A stretch of DNA of 64,000 nt from Candidatus Shapirobacteria bacterium (GTDB taxonomy: Bacteria > Patescibacteriota > Microgenomatia > UBA12405). The stretch is from contig JAQWFB010000001.1 of the NCBI GenBank assembly GCA_028704635.1, forward strand, positions 69,541 through 133,540, in the 5' to 3' direction. The translations under genes were made by a program, and so were the position numbers. Positions 35,927 to 45,364 of this stretch are shown piece by piece; position 1 is the first letter of the stretch; every line of letters begins with the position of its first letter. The notes beneath the pieces were generated by a model, which saw nothing but the letters and a program-made list of their open reading frames with translations, was not told where the DNA came from and did not search any database.

Positions 35927-38740
35927 CTACACTAAAATTTCTTTCTTTTTAATTGACTTCTTTAATGGTTTTTTAGCTGTTTTAATTTTGTTTTTAACCT
36001 TTACTTTAGTCATTTCTTTTATTTCTTTTTTGTAAGTGATGGCATAATTTTTTCTTGATATCTCAATTAATTTTTGTAGTCTTTCCGGATTTCGATCTAA
36101 AACAATCGGGATAGTTTCTCCCGAAAATGGTTCTTCTGGTTCCACGGCTGATAATTTCATGTAAAACCTGAAACGAGGTAGATTACCAATATCTCCCTTT
36201 TTCACATAAGGGCTAAATTGGTCTAACATTAACTCTTCATCAATTGGACTAGCGGTTCTAAAACAAATAATAGTCCCAGTATTAGCTAAGATAACATTGA
36301 CCATATTCCGATCTGATTGTTGGGCGGTTGATTGTTCGGCAATGGTCAATCGTAATCCAAACTTTCTTCCCCCAGATAATAATTTAGTAAATGAAGTGGT
36401 AGCAAAATTTTGAAATTCATCCACAAATAAATAGAAGGGTTTTCGATTGATTATCGGAGTTCTGACTCGTCTCATGAAGGCTTGTTGTAGTTTGGCAATA
36501 ATCGTTGTTCCTAAAAGTTGGGAAGTATCCTCACCTAGTTTTCCTTCAGCTAAATTACAAATTAAGATTTTTCCAGAAGAAATAATTTCATCAAAATTAA
36601 TAGTTGATTTTGGTTGTTCCAATATTCTTTTAGCTGTAGGGGAGAATAAGAATCGACCAATTTTAGCCGTCACTCCAGAAACCATTTTAACTGCCTGGTA
36701 ACTTCCAGCTTTCCCAAATTCGTTTAACCAAAAGTTTTTTAAATTGGCGTCTTCTAATTTTGTCGTGATACTTTTTTGATAGTTTGGATTATTAAGCAAA
36801 TCATAAACTGTAAAAATAGTGGCGTCCTTAACGGTAAAGGCAGTATAAATGGTATTCCTCAAAATGTATTCAATTCGATGGGAATCAGTATTTTCATCTT
36901 TAGAAAATATTCGTCTAAAAACTGAAATGACACTTTCACAAACTAATTCTTTTTCTTGTTCTAATTCATCATCACTAAGGCCTGATTTAAGTTCTAATAA
37001 ATTGATCCCAATTGGATGACTAATATCAAAAGGATTTAAATAAATACAATCATCAAAGCGACTTTTGGGAACAGAATATAATAAATCTTCGGCAAGATCC
37101 CCATGAGGATCAATCACCGCCACTCCTCGGCCTTTTTGAATATCATCTTTAGCCATGTGAAAGATAATGGTGGTTTTACCGGAACCAGTTTGACCAATAG
37201 CATAGACATGACGAGAACGGTCATCATCAGTTAACCCAATGTCACTAACCACATTGGCATATTTATTCTTGCCAAAGACCACATCAAAATTGGAATTGTT
37301 TTTAACTGACAGAGGTGAGGGTAGTTCGGAACTATGACTAGTCACCATTCCTTCGGTTTTGGTGGTGACATTGTAAGGAAAATGATAAAGATCACTTAAT
37401 TCTGAAATTGATAAAATTGGATTTTGATTAAGGATTGAATTTGTCGATAAAGATTTTTGTTTAAATTGTTTTATCTGATTTTTAAAATTATTAAAAATAT
37501 AATTTTTAGAGACTAATGATTGATATGGACTACTTAATTGTCCTAAGGAAGAGATTAAACCATTAATTCTGGTTTTATTTTCTTCATCTTTATGAGTGAT
37601 TACTAATAATCTGATGGAAGTTTCAAATAATGACCGGTCAATTTTATCTTTAATAATTCTAGCTAGTTCTTGTTCATAAGGATTTAAAATTTCTTTAGGA
37701 GAGGCAGATGATGTTTGAAAAATTGGCACTGATTTACCACTAGTATCAATTATGGCCGGAATAATACTGATCACAAACAAAAACAGAAGATGAACTATTT
37801 TTCCAATACCTTTAACAAAAAACCAAATAATAGATATTCCTGGTAAAGCTACTAATTTTTGTAAAGCATTTTTTTGAACAACTTCAGTTAGTGGTAATCC
37901 TTGGTATAGTCGTGTTCTTAACTCTTTAATTTCGGACATTATCCTTTGATGAAAGACATTCATGATTGGGCTAACAATTATTTGAAAAGAAATTAATTCA
38001 TCTTTTTTAAGATTAGTCATATTTCCCGTTAGATAAGAGATAGGATCATTTTCTGAAAGTGTTTTTTGAGTTTGGAGTGGTAGGGCAAAATGACTCGATA
38101 ATTTTAATTCAATCAATCTAACTGATTCAGTTGTTTGATTAATTTTATTAATATCCAGATAATCGTTAATTTCCTTAATTTTGATTCCGGGTAAATAGGA
38201 TAAAAGATTATGTTTAATAATTTCTATAAATTTTGGATCAGCTGAGAGTAAATAACGGATACCTTCATTTTTAGTGGAGACAATTTCTAATGAGTATTCA
38301 TTTTTTCTTTGAGTTATTCGATCTCTAAAACTTACCTGTCGAGATAGGGTATGGAGGAGAGTATACAATTCTTCGGTCGCATAAGCTGATTTACTAGTAT
38401 CGGCTGGAAATATTAATTGAATCATTTTCTTACCAGTTCTTTTTTGGGAAAACTGTTTAAAAATCATTGGTACTACTGTTTTAATAATTCCTAAAATTAT
38501 TTTTATTAATATAATCAGAGAAATTATCCCCAAAATTGGTCCCACTACTAAAATGATCGTCATCCACATTGGAGATAACGTTGATATTAAGGGAGTTAAC
38601 CAGTTATAGAAAGTAAGTTTCCAAGAAATAGGTAAAGGCAGTGACAGAATTAAATAGAGGGAAAAGACATGAGTATTGGATAGAGTGTGTTGTTGAATCT
38701 GATGTAATAACTGAAGTTGTTGAACATCAACTGAAGTCAT
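35927..38740 (-). CDS. Type IV coupling protein, VirD4/TraD-like
   Basis: RHVYAIGQTGSGKT, IDPHGDL, FVDEFQNF, RKFGL; N-terminal TM. Confidence 0.88.
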   Translation of the reverse strand: MTSVDVQQLQLLHQIQQHTLSNTHVFSLYLILSLPLPISWKLTFYNWLTPLISTLSPMWMTIILVVGPILGIISLIILIKIILGIIKTVVPMIFKQFSQKRTGKKMIQLIFPADTSKSAYATEELYTLLHTLSRQVSFRDRITQRKNEYSLEIVSTKNEGIRYLLSADPKFIEIIKHNLLSYLPGIKIKEINDYLDINKINQTTESVRLIELKLSSHFALPLQTQKTLSENDPISYLTGNMTNLKKDELISFQIIVSPIMNVFHQRIMSEIKELRTRLYQGLPLTEVVQKNALQKLVALPGISIIWFFVKGIGKIVHLLFLFVISIIPAIIDTSGKSVPIFQTSSASPKEILNPYEQELARIIKDKIDRSLFETSIRLLVITHKDEENKTRINGLISSLGQLSSPYQSLVSKNYIFNNFKNQIKQFKQKSLSTNSILNQNPILSISELSDLYHFPYNVTTKTEGMVTSHSSELPSPLSVKNNSNFDVVFGKNKYANVVSDIGLTDDDRSRHVYAIGQTGSGKTTIIFHMAKDDIQKGRGVAVIDPHGDLAEDLLYSVPKSRFDDCIYLNPFDISHPIGINLLELKSGLSDDELEQEKELVCESVISVFRRIFSKDENTDSHRIEYILRNTIYTAFTVKDATIFTVYDLLNNPNYQKSITTKLEDANLKNFWLNEFGKAGSYQAVKMVSGVTAKIGRFLFSPTAKRILEQPKSTINFDEIISSGKILICNLAEGKLGEDTSQLLGTTIIAKLQQAFMRRVRTPIINRKPFYLFVDEFQNFATTSFTKLLSGGRKFGLRLTIAEQSTAQQSDRNMVNVILANTGTIICFRTASPIDEELMLDQFSPYVKKGDIGNLPRFRFYMKLSAVEPEEPFSGETIPIVLDRNPERLQKLIEISRKNYAITYKKEIKEMTKVKVKNKIKTAKKPLKKSIKKKEILV

Positions 38741-38827
38741 TTTGAGTCTCCATTAGGTTATATAAATACTTATATATAAAAATATGACAAAGTATATCAC
38801 AAACACTAATAGGAGGTTGTTAAGGAC

Positions 38828-39049
38828 TTAAGGCAAAATCTCAGAAGATTTAATCTTCAGTGCTTTACAGATATTTTCTATTACTGAAAAAGTAGGATTT
38901 TCTTCACCCCTCTCAATACCCGCATAATAAGTAGTTGAAATCTTACTCATTTTTGCCGCTTCTTCTTGAGAGAATCCCTTTTGTTCTCTCATTTTACGGA
39001 TATTTTTACCAAATTCCTGTTGGCTTTTTTTATTTGGACTTGGAGTCAT
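38828..39049 (-). CDS. XRE-family HTH repressor
   Basis: FGKNIRKMR..FSQEE...IERGEENPT. Confidence 0.92.
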   Translation of the reverse strand: MTPSPNKKSQQEFGKNIRKMREQKGFSQEEAAKMSKISTTYYAGIERGEENPTFSVIENICKALKIKSSEILP

Positions 39050-39103
39050 ATTTTTAGTATAACACTAGGCTATTTTCAGAGTATTGTACTAAAATATTAT
39101 GAA

Positions 39104-39194
39104 TAACAACTATAGTTATATTTTAGCTTCATATTTTACTATATTTACCGCTTGACAGCTATAACCACAGTTGTTATTCTATAACTATAGTTGT
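39104..39194. promoter_or_regulatory. Divergent promoter with three operator-like palindromes
   Basis: AACTATAGTT at 39108 and 39183, variant AACCACAGTT at 39163; TTGACA(39152)-17-TATTCT(39175). Confidence 0.75.
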
Positions 39195-39212
39195 AGTTAA
39201 AAAGAGTAAACC

Positions 39213-39422
39213 ATGATAAGTAAAGAGTATCTTGATAAGTTTAAAAAGTTATATAAAGACAAATACAATATAACTCTTTCAGATGAAGAAACAACCGAAT
39301 TAGCAACACATTTTATAAACTTAATGGAAATTCTTATTAAACCAAAATCAAAAACAGAAAACCAAATTAATAATCAGACTTGTATATCAGAAAGGAGACA
39401 ATATGCGACTGGCAGAATATAA
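39213..39422 (+). CDS. Small protein upstream of recombinase (candidate directionality/accessory factor)
   Basis: 69 aa, overlaps recombinase start; function inferred from position only. Confidence 0.6.
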   Translation: MISKEYLDKFKKLYKDKYNITLSDEETTELATHFINLMEILIKPKSKTENQINNQTCISERRQYATGRI

Positions 39423-41124
39423 CACTAAAAATATAAGCGAGCTTCCAAACACACCACATTACATGATGTATTGCCGAAAAAGCAGCGAATCTGATGAACG
39501 ACAAATTCAGTCTCTACCAGATCAAGTAACTAACTTGACTGATTTTATTCATCAACGAGGAGTTGAATTAGTCGGAGAACCTCTACAGGAACAAAGAACC
39601 GCCAAAATTCCAGGCAGGCCGATTTTCAATCGTCTTGTTCAAATGATTGAGGACAGAGAAATAAACGGAATCGTCCTTCTTAACCCTTCCCGATTATCAA
39701 GAAATACTGTCGACACTGGACGCATCATTTATTTAATGGATCAAGGAAAACTCCTTGAGGTTATAACTCCTTATCAAACCTTTCGGAATAATCCCAATGA
39801 TAAATTTATGCTCAATTTGCTTTGTACTCAAGCAAAACTTGAAAATGATAATAAAAGTGTCAATATTACCGAGGCCTTAAAACTCAAAGCTGAAAGGGGA
39901 GTATTCCCGGGTCGAGCTAGACCGGGATATAAAAATAATCACGAAAAACCTCAAGGACTCCGAGATATCTCCGCTCACCCTGTTTATTTTCCCTTAATGA
40001 GAAAACTTTTTGATCTTGCTTTAACTGGTAATTACAGCGTCCAATCACTAATTAGAGAAGCAAAAATTTTAGGAATCAGAAGTTTAAAATCCGGTAAACC
40101 GATTGTAAAAAGTTGGATGTATAGACTTCTTCGTGACCCCTTTTATACAGGGAGATTTATGTACAACGGAAAACTCTATCAAGGACAACACCCTGCAATG
40201 ATTACTGATGCCGAATTTAATCTGCTGCAAGATATCTTGGATGGGAAGTCAAAAGCGAGACTACAAAAACATGATTTTGCTCTCAATGGAATTATAGAAT
40301 GTGGCGAATGTCACTATTGCATTACTGCTCAAGAACACACCAAAAAATATAAAAATGGCACACAGCAAACTTTTGGATATTATTGTTGTACTAAGAAAGG
40401 TGAAACGAAATGTAGCCAACGCTACACCGCAACCAGTAAACTTGAAGGTCAATTTTTAGACGACTTAGGTCAGTTTAAAATTATGGATCAGGAATTTATA
40501 GATTGGGCTTATGAAGCTTTGGATGAAACGAAGGATAAGAATCAGAAGGTTAATAAAAATAGTTCTGAAGCTCTTCAAATCGCTTTAGATGGAGTTAATA
40601 GAAGAATTGATAATCTTATCGCTCTTAAGATATCACCAGAAAACGACGGCAGCTTACTTTCAAACGCAGAGTTTTCTGACAGGAAACGCGGACTTATGAT
40701 AGAAAAAGAAACAATTCTTCAACAACTCGCACAATGTAATTCTAACGGATCAGATTGGACAAATGTCGCCCGCGATGCGTTTGATTTTGCATTACTAGCC
40801 CAAGAACGCTTTGAACACGGCGATTCACAAGATAAAAAAGTGATTTTCAAAGCCATCGGCGTGAACCCGATCTTACTAGATCAAGAATTACAATATCAGC
40901 CTCGATTTATCTTTTTGAAGATAAAAGAGGGTATTAAGAAAACCAATGACAAAAATAGTCGGCTTGAACCTCAAAAAACCCCATCAGATCAGGCTAATTT
41001 AGAAAATTACCTAAAAAGTTCTGTATGGTGCCGCAGAGAGGAGTTGAACCTCCATGGGTTTCCCCACACGGTCCTAAGCCGTGCTTGTATACCAATTTCA
41101 ACACTGCGGCAAGTTTTTAATTAA
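39403..41124 (+). CDS. Large serine recombinase; C-terminus reads into antisense tRNA-Leu
   Basis: YCRKSS catalytic Ser, SRLSRN, recombinase domain, CGEC/YYCC zinc ribbon, coiled coil. Confidence 0.95.
   Translation: MRLAEYNTKNISELPNTPHYMMYCRKSSESDERQIQSLPDQVTNLTDFIHQRGVELVGEPLQEQRTAKIPGRPIFNRLVQMIEDREINGIVLLNPSRLSRNTVDTGRIIYLMDQGKLLEVITPYQTFRNNPNDKFMLNLLCTQAKLENDNKSVNITEALKLKAERGVFPGRARPGYKNNHEKPQGLRDISAHPVYFPLMRKLFDLALTGNYSVQSLIREAKILGIRSLKSGKPIVKSWMYRLLRDPFYTGRFMYNGKLYQGQHPAMITDAEFNLLQDILDGKSKARLQKHDFALNGIIECGECHYCITAQEHTKKYKNGTQQTFGYYCCTKKGETKCSQRYTATSKLEGQFLDDLGQFKIMDQEFIDWAYEALDETKDKNQKVNKNSSEALQIALDGVNRRIDNLIALKISPENDGSLLSNAEFSDRKRGLMIEKETILQQLAQCNSNGSDWTNVARDAFDFALLAQERFEHGDSQDKKVIFKAIGVNPILLDQELQYQPRFIFLKIKEGIKKTNDKNSRLEPQKTPSDQANLENYLKSSVWCRREELNLHGFPHTVLSRACIPISTLRQVFN
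41026..41110 (-). tRNA. tRNA-Leu(TAG), integration target
   Basis: Anticodon arm CACGG-CTTAGGA-CCGTG; only tRNA here ending in CCA. Confidence 0.95.
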
Positions 41125-41126
41125 TG

Positions 41127-41199
41127 TGGGTCCGGCGGGACTCGAACCCGCGACCAATCGCTTAAGAGGCGACCGCTCTACCAACTGAGCTACAAACCC
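41127..41199 (-). tRNA. tRNA-Lys(CTT)
   Basis: Anticodon loop CTCTTAA, GTTCGAGT. Confidence 0.95.
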
Positions 41200-41218
41200 A
41201 AAAGACTGTGATATTTTA

Positions 41219-41803
41219 TCATTTTTGTTTATTTTTTACCGTTTCCATTTCCGCAATCTCGCTATCGGTTATTTTTTTAAATTTTATTATTTCATCAAGA
41301 TAAAAAAGTAGATCACCAAATTCTGATAAAAATTGTTTTCTAGTTCTCACCAACACCAGATTGTTTCCATTTTCTTTAACTTTTTTTAATAATTCTTTTT
41401 CAAAATCAACATCAACTAGTCTTTCAAAACTAAATTTAATACCCTTATTCTTAATCCTCTTAAAAAAACCATCCGTGATTAAAGTCTCTAAACTAACTCT
41501 TTTTCCTTCACCAGGACCATCATCATCATTTGCCCAATGTAAAAAAATTCTCTCATTAAATCCACCTTTTTTCATTATATTAACTTCTTCAATTTCCTCC
41601 AATTCTTCATCTGTTATTTTTTCAGATTCTATTATTTCATCAACCACAAATAATAGGTTGCCAAACTGCGACAAAAATTCTTCTTTGTTTTTTGAAACCC
41701 CTAAACTTTTCCCTTTTTCTCTAACTACACCAAACAATTCTCTTTTAACAAATACTTCATTTAAATTTTTTGGATTTAAAACCCTATTAACTTCTCTTTC
41801 CAT
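41219..41803 (-). CDS. Degenerate tandem NTP-pyrophosphohydrolase-like protein (paralog of 41849-42223)
   Basis: Two EFLS.FG.LL repeats, KGGFNERIFLHW and DFEKELLKKV shared with neighbour. Confidence 0.6.
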   Translation of the reverse strand: MEREVNRVLNPKNLNEVFVKRELFGVVREKGKSLGVSKNKEEFLSQFGNLLFVVDEIIESEKITDEELEEIEEVNIMKKGGFNERIFLHWANDDDGPGEGKRVSLETLITDGFFKRIKNKGIKFSFERLVDVDFEKELLKKVKENGNNLVLVRTRKQFLSEFGDLLFYLDEIIKFKKITDSEIAEMETVKNKQK

Positions 41804-41848
41804 TTTTTAACTTTTTTTAAAAACTGAAACATTGTAACACTATTATTC

Positions 41849-42223
41849 TTATTTTTTAAGCTCATCATCTTTTTTTTCATTAGTCCGATAACCATCATCA
41901 GATGTCCAGTGTAAGTATAATCGCTTTTTAAAACCGCCTTTCCTTGCAAAATTTTCTTTTCTAACCTCTTCAAGTTCTTTATCTGTAATATTCTTAAATC
42001 TTTTAATTTCTTCAACAACATACAGTAAATCATCAAATTCAGATAAAAATTCCTCTCTAGTTTCTGCTGCAATTAAACCTTCTCCTTCTTCGGAAACTTT
42101 CTTCAACAATTCCTTTTCAAAATCAATCTCATCTAATTTTTCTATCCTAAATACTAATCCTTTATTAATTAATTTATCACGAACATTATCTCGAATTAAC
42201 CTATTAAAATGTAATTTTTCCAT
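41849..42223 (-). CDS. All-alpha NTP pyrophosphohydrolase-like (PRA-PH/MazG-like) protein
   Basis: RLIRD..., KKVSEE..EFDDL, RKGGFKKRLYL. Confidence 0.7.
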   Translation of the reverse strand: MEKLHFNRLIRDNVRDKLINKGLVFRIEKLDEIDFEKELLKKVSEEGEGLIAAETREEFLSEFDDLLYVVEEIKRFKNITDKELEEVRKENFARKGGFKKRLYLHWTSDDGYRTNEKKDDELKK

Positions 42224-42231
42224 CTTTTAAG

Positions 42232-42303
42232 TACGCCTGGAGGGAATCGAACCCCCATCAATAGTTCCGAAGACTACTACTCTATCCATTGAGCTACAGG
42301 CGC
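42232..42303 (-). tRNA. tRNA-Arg(TCG)
   Basis: Anticodon arm GTAGT-CTTCGGA-ACTAT. Confidence 0.93.
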
Positions 42304-42312
42304 AAAGCTAAG

Positions 42313-42386
42313 TATCCTCAGCAGGGATCGAACCTGCGACCTCCTCCTTAGAAGGGAGGCGCTCTATCCAACTGAGCTATGAGGAC
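42313..42386 (-). tRNA. tRNA-Arg(TCT)
   Basis: Anticodon arm CCTCC-CTTCTAA-GGAGG. Confidence 0.95.
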
Positions 42387-42469
42387 AAATAATTACCCTG
42401 TATTTTATCAAATTATCCCAAAAAAATACCCGTTATCCTTTTTTAATAAAGACAACGGGTGTACTACCG

Positions 42470-43156
42470 CTAAATTTTTATAGTTGCATAAGCAATCAAT
42501 ACTGAAATTTGAATTATTATCAATAATACAAAAACCAAGTTTGGTATTGATATTAAAAACGCTAATAATAAAATTATTAATTCCAATAGAGATGCAATTT
42601 TTGCAAACCAACGAGCACTCCCAATATTACGGCGAGCACAAATCATACCAGAAACTAGTTCTTTAATCATTGATGCCATAAGAAACCAAACTGGAATAAA
42701 TTTAAAATCGACAGCAATCAAAATTACACTAAGATGACAAACTTTATCCGCAACTGGATCCAAAAACATTCCCAATTCTGAAACCGTTCCCGTTTGACGA
42801 GCTATTGGACCATCAATTAAATCTATAGCCATTAACATCAAATAAGTAACTATAAAAAACCACTTATTATCTATACCGACCATACTTCCAACGGTGAAAA
42901 TAATTAAAATGGCTATTAATCTAAAAAGAGACAATAAATTAGGAACCATGAGAATAACATGCGGGCTTGTGTCTACTTTTCCATAAAAAATTTTTTTCAA
43001 ACAAACACCAAACCAAATAATACTTTTGGAATTTTCCAGTCTCCACAAGATTTTTTGAAAATGATTTACTCTCGATATTTTATCGGGAGAAAACATTATC
43101 GCTCGATCAAAAAACTTAGCCAATTCAAACTTCGCCATAAAAATCTCTCCCTTCAT
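42470..43156 (-). CDS. CDP-alcohol phosphatidyltransferase
   Basis: PNLLSLFR, DLIDGPIAR...SELGMFLDPVADK motif. Confidence 0.9.
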   Translation of the reverse strand: MKGEIFMAKFELAKFFDRAIMFSPDKISRVNHFQKILWRLENSKSIIWFGVCLKKIFYGKVDTSPHVILMVPNLLSLFRLIAILIIFTVGSMVGIDNKWFFIVTYLMLMAIDLIDGPIARQTGTVSELGMFLDPVADKVCHLSVILIAVDFKFIPVWFLMASMIKELVSGMICARRNIGSARWFAKIASLLELIILLLAFLISIPNLVFVLLIIIQISVLIAYATIKI

Positions 43157-43204
43157 TTTTTTAATTATAAAAGTGCGGCAAACGAAACGATTATACCATC
43201 AAAA

Positions 43205-43771
43205 TTAGTTCTTTCGTGACAAATAGGCACCAGTTTCTGTATTTACTAAAATTTCTTCACCCGCTTTAATAAAAAGCGGCACCTGAACTGTCAAACCAGT
43301 ATCTAAAATTGCCTGTTTTGTGGCATTAGTTGCCGTATCACCTTTAACTGAATTTTCTGCTTCTACCACTGTGTATGCAATTGTTTTAGGTAAACTAATA
43401 CCAACCGGATTATCATTGTAAAATTTAATTCGATATAAAAGCCCTTCTTTTAAATAAACCTTATCGTCACCAACTATTTCCACTGGCACCATATATTGTT
43501 CAAAACTTCTTGGTTCTATAAAAACATAATTTGATCCATCAAAATAAGAATATTCCGCTTCATGTGTTTCTACTATTACTTCCTCAACTTTTTCTCCCGA
43601 TTTATAGGTATATTCCACAATTCTTCCAGTGTAAAGATTTTTTAACTTGGTTCTATAAAAAGCCGATCCTTTACCAGGGCTAACAAAGGCAATATCAACC
43701 ACCATATGTGGCTCGTCTTGAAAAAGAATATAAATGCCTTTTTTGAATTGTGATGTTGATATAACTCCCAT
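43205..43771 (-). CDS. efp: Elongation factor P
   Basis: SPGKGSAF loop, KGDTAT, VPLFI. Confidence 0.97.
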   Translation of the reverse strand: MGVISTSQFKKGIYILFQDEPHMVVDIAFVSPGKGSAFYRTKLKNLYTGRIVEYTYKSGEKVEEVIVETHEAEYSYFDGSNYVFIEPRSFEQYMVPVEIVGDDKVYLKEGLLYRIKFYNDNPVGISLPKTIAYTVVEAENSVKGDTATNATKQAILDTGLTVQVPLFIKAGEEILVNTETGAYLSRKN

Positions 43772-43787
43772 AAACCTGATTTTAGCA

Positions 43788-43831
43788 CAAAAAAATCCCG
43801 GAGTAACTTTTTAGAGGAGCCACCCCAGGAT
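43788..43831 (-). terminator. Intrinsic terminator
   Basis: ATCCTGGGGTGGCT/AGTTACTCCGGGAT stem (with G-U pairs) followed by T7 on minus strand. Confidence 0.6.
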
Positions 43832-43906
43832 CTAGTTCATAATATATCAGATATTATCAATAAGTCAATATACACCCATTACACACATAAATTCTGTCCT
43901 ACAGGA

Positions 43907-44572
43907 TCAAAAACTACCGCTTTTAAGTTCCTCGATAAATTGATTTACACCATTCGCCCAAGAACCATTTGAACTTGGACAATATTTTTTCATCATCAAC
44001 TCCGGAGTATTCAAGCCTTTATCAAAATATTCCCTTTTTAAATACTCTGCATAACTCTTAATAGCCAGTTCGTAACCATCAAATTTAAGCGTGCCTTTTT
44101 TATGAATTCCATAACCCCAACAATTATATGAACCTTCAGGTGCTTTTTTACATAAATTAGATTCCTGTTGGGCAATTGCTACAATCCAGTAATATTCAAA
44201 TCCATAATCCTCTGATATTTGAAAAATCAAATCAGAATATGGCGCCATAGGTGAATTATATTTTTCCAAATATTTTTTAATTAACATCGGTCTAGCATCA
44301 GCCCCGCTAACAGTCGCATCCACAGAAATATTCTTAGTATCTTCCGCAGCCGATTCAATCACCACTTTTTCATTACTAAATCCCAATACCACATTATTTT
44401 GGTTTGTTTTTGATAAATATATTAATTCACTAAAACCCACCGCCAATGTTAATACTAGAAAAACAGGCAGCAATAATAACCGTTTGAAACTAAATAATGG
44501 TTTCTCAATCACTATTCTTATGTTATCATGGTGGCACTTATGAAAACAAACTCCACTGATATAAAAAAACAA
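43907..44572 (-). CDS. Membrane-anchored lysozyme-like protein (start uncertain)
   Basis: TM helix, VAIAQQES, NCWGYG, KYCP..W motifs. Confidence 0.6.
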   Translation of the reverse strand: MFFYISGVCFHKCHHDNIRIVIEKPLFSFKRLLLLPVFLVLTLAVGFSELIYLSKTNQNNVVLGFSNEKVVIESAAEDTKNISVDATVSGADARPMLIKKYLEKYNSPMAPYSDLIFQISEDYGFEYYWIVAIAQQESNLCKKAPEGSYNCWGYGIHKKGTLKFDGYELAIKSYAEYLKREYFDKGLNTPELMMKKYCPSSNGSWANGVNQFIEELKSGSF

Positions 44573-45355
44573 AATAATAAAGTTTTTACTTTAAATATCG
44601 ACATTAAAGTCACCGATATTAAAAAAGAACACCAAGAGCATTTAAAACAATTTCAAGCTAATTTTGAAACAAAAGGTTTTAGAAAAGGTAAAGCTCCTTT
44701 AGATGTCGTTCAACAAAATATTTCCGAAGAAAAATTATTTGAAGAAGTTGCTTCTCACATAATTTCCCATGCCTATGGTGAAAAAATTAAAGAACATAAT
44801 TTAAAACCAATTATTCAACCTCAAGTTAAATTTATAAATAAAGACGTCGATTTTGACCATGATTGGCAATTGGAAATCACCAGCTGTGAATTACCAGAAA
44901 TTAAACTCAATGAAAAATATTTAGCCGAAGTTAAAAAAGTAAATTCTGATAAAACTATCACCGAAGAAAATCAAAAAATTGAAAAAATTATTGATGCTTT
45001 AGTTAGAAACGGTCAAGTTGATCTACCAGAAATATTAATTGAATCTGATATTCAAAACCAATTGTCTCAATTAATCGATCAATCTCGACAGGCTGGAATC
45101 AGTGTCGCTGATTATCTTAAAAACAAAGGTATAACTCTCGAAAAATACAAAGAAGATTTAAAAACTCAAATTACTAAAGAATGGACTCTTAATTTAGCCA
45201 TTAGTCAAATTGCTAAAGAGCAAAAGATCGAAGTTTCTGAAAAAGAAGTTACTAATATTGCCAGTTCTAATCCATCTCTTGGTCAAAATATAAATTTCAT
45301 TTATTACATTTTGACTCAACAAAAGGTCTTCGATTTCTTGAAAAAATTGTTATAA
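44540..45355 (+). CDS. tig: Trigger factor (short form lacking FKBP domain)
   Basis: GFRKGKAP ribosome-binding signature; C-terminal SurA-like part; about 271 aa. Confidence 0.85.
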   Translation: MKTNSTDIKKQNNKVFTLNIDIKVTDIKKEHQEHLKQFQANFETKGFRKGKAPLDVVQQNISEEKLFEEVASHIISHAYGEKIKEHNLKPIIQPQVKFINKDVDFDHDWQLEITSCELPEIKLNEKYLAEVKKVNSDKTITEENQKIEKIIDALVRNGQVDLPEILIESDIQNQLSQLIDQSRQAGISVADYLKNKGITLEKYKEDLKTQITKEWTLNLAISQIAKEQKIEVSEKEVTNIASSNPSLGQNINFIYYILTQQKVFDFLKKLL

Positions 45356-45364
45356 TAGGCCACT

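Larger units (their letters stand above)
17458..41031. mobile_element. Integrative conjugative-type element (serine recombinase, T4SS, DGR, defence cargo) inserted at tRNA-Leu(TAG) 3' end
   Basis: GTGC core at 17458-17461 and 41028-41031; joined ends give palindrome ATGGTGCACCAT and restore an in-frame recombinase tail; VirB4/VirD4/relaxase inside. Confidence 0.85.
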
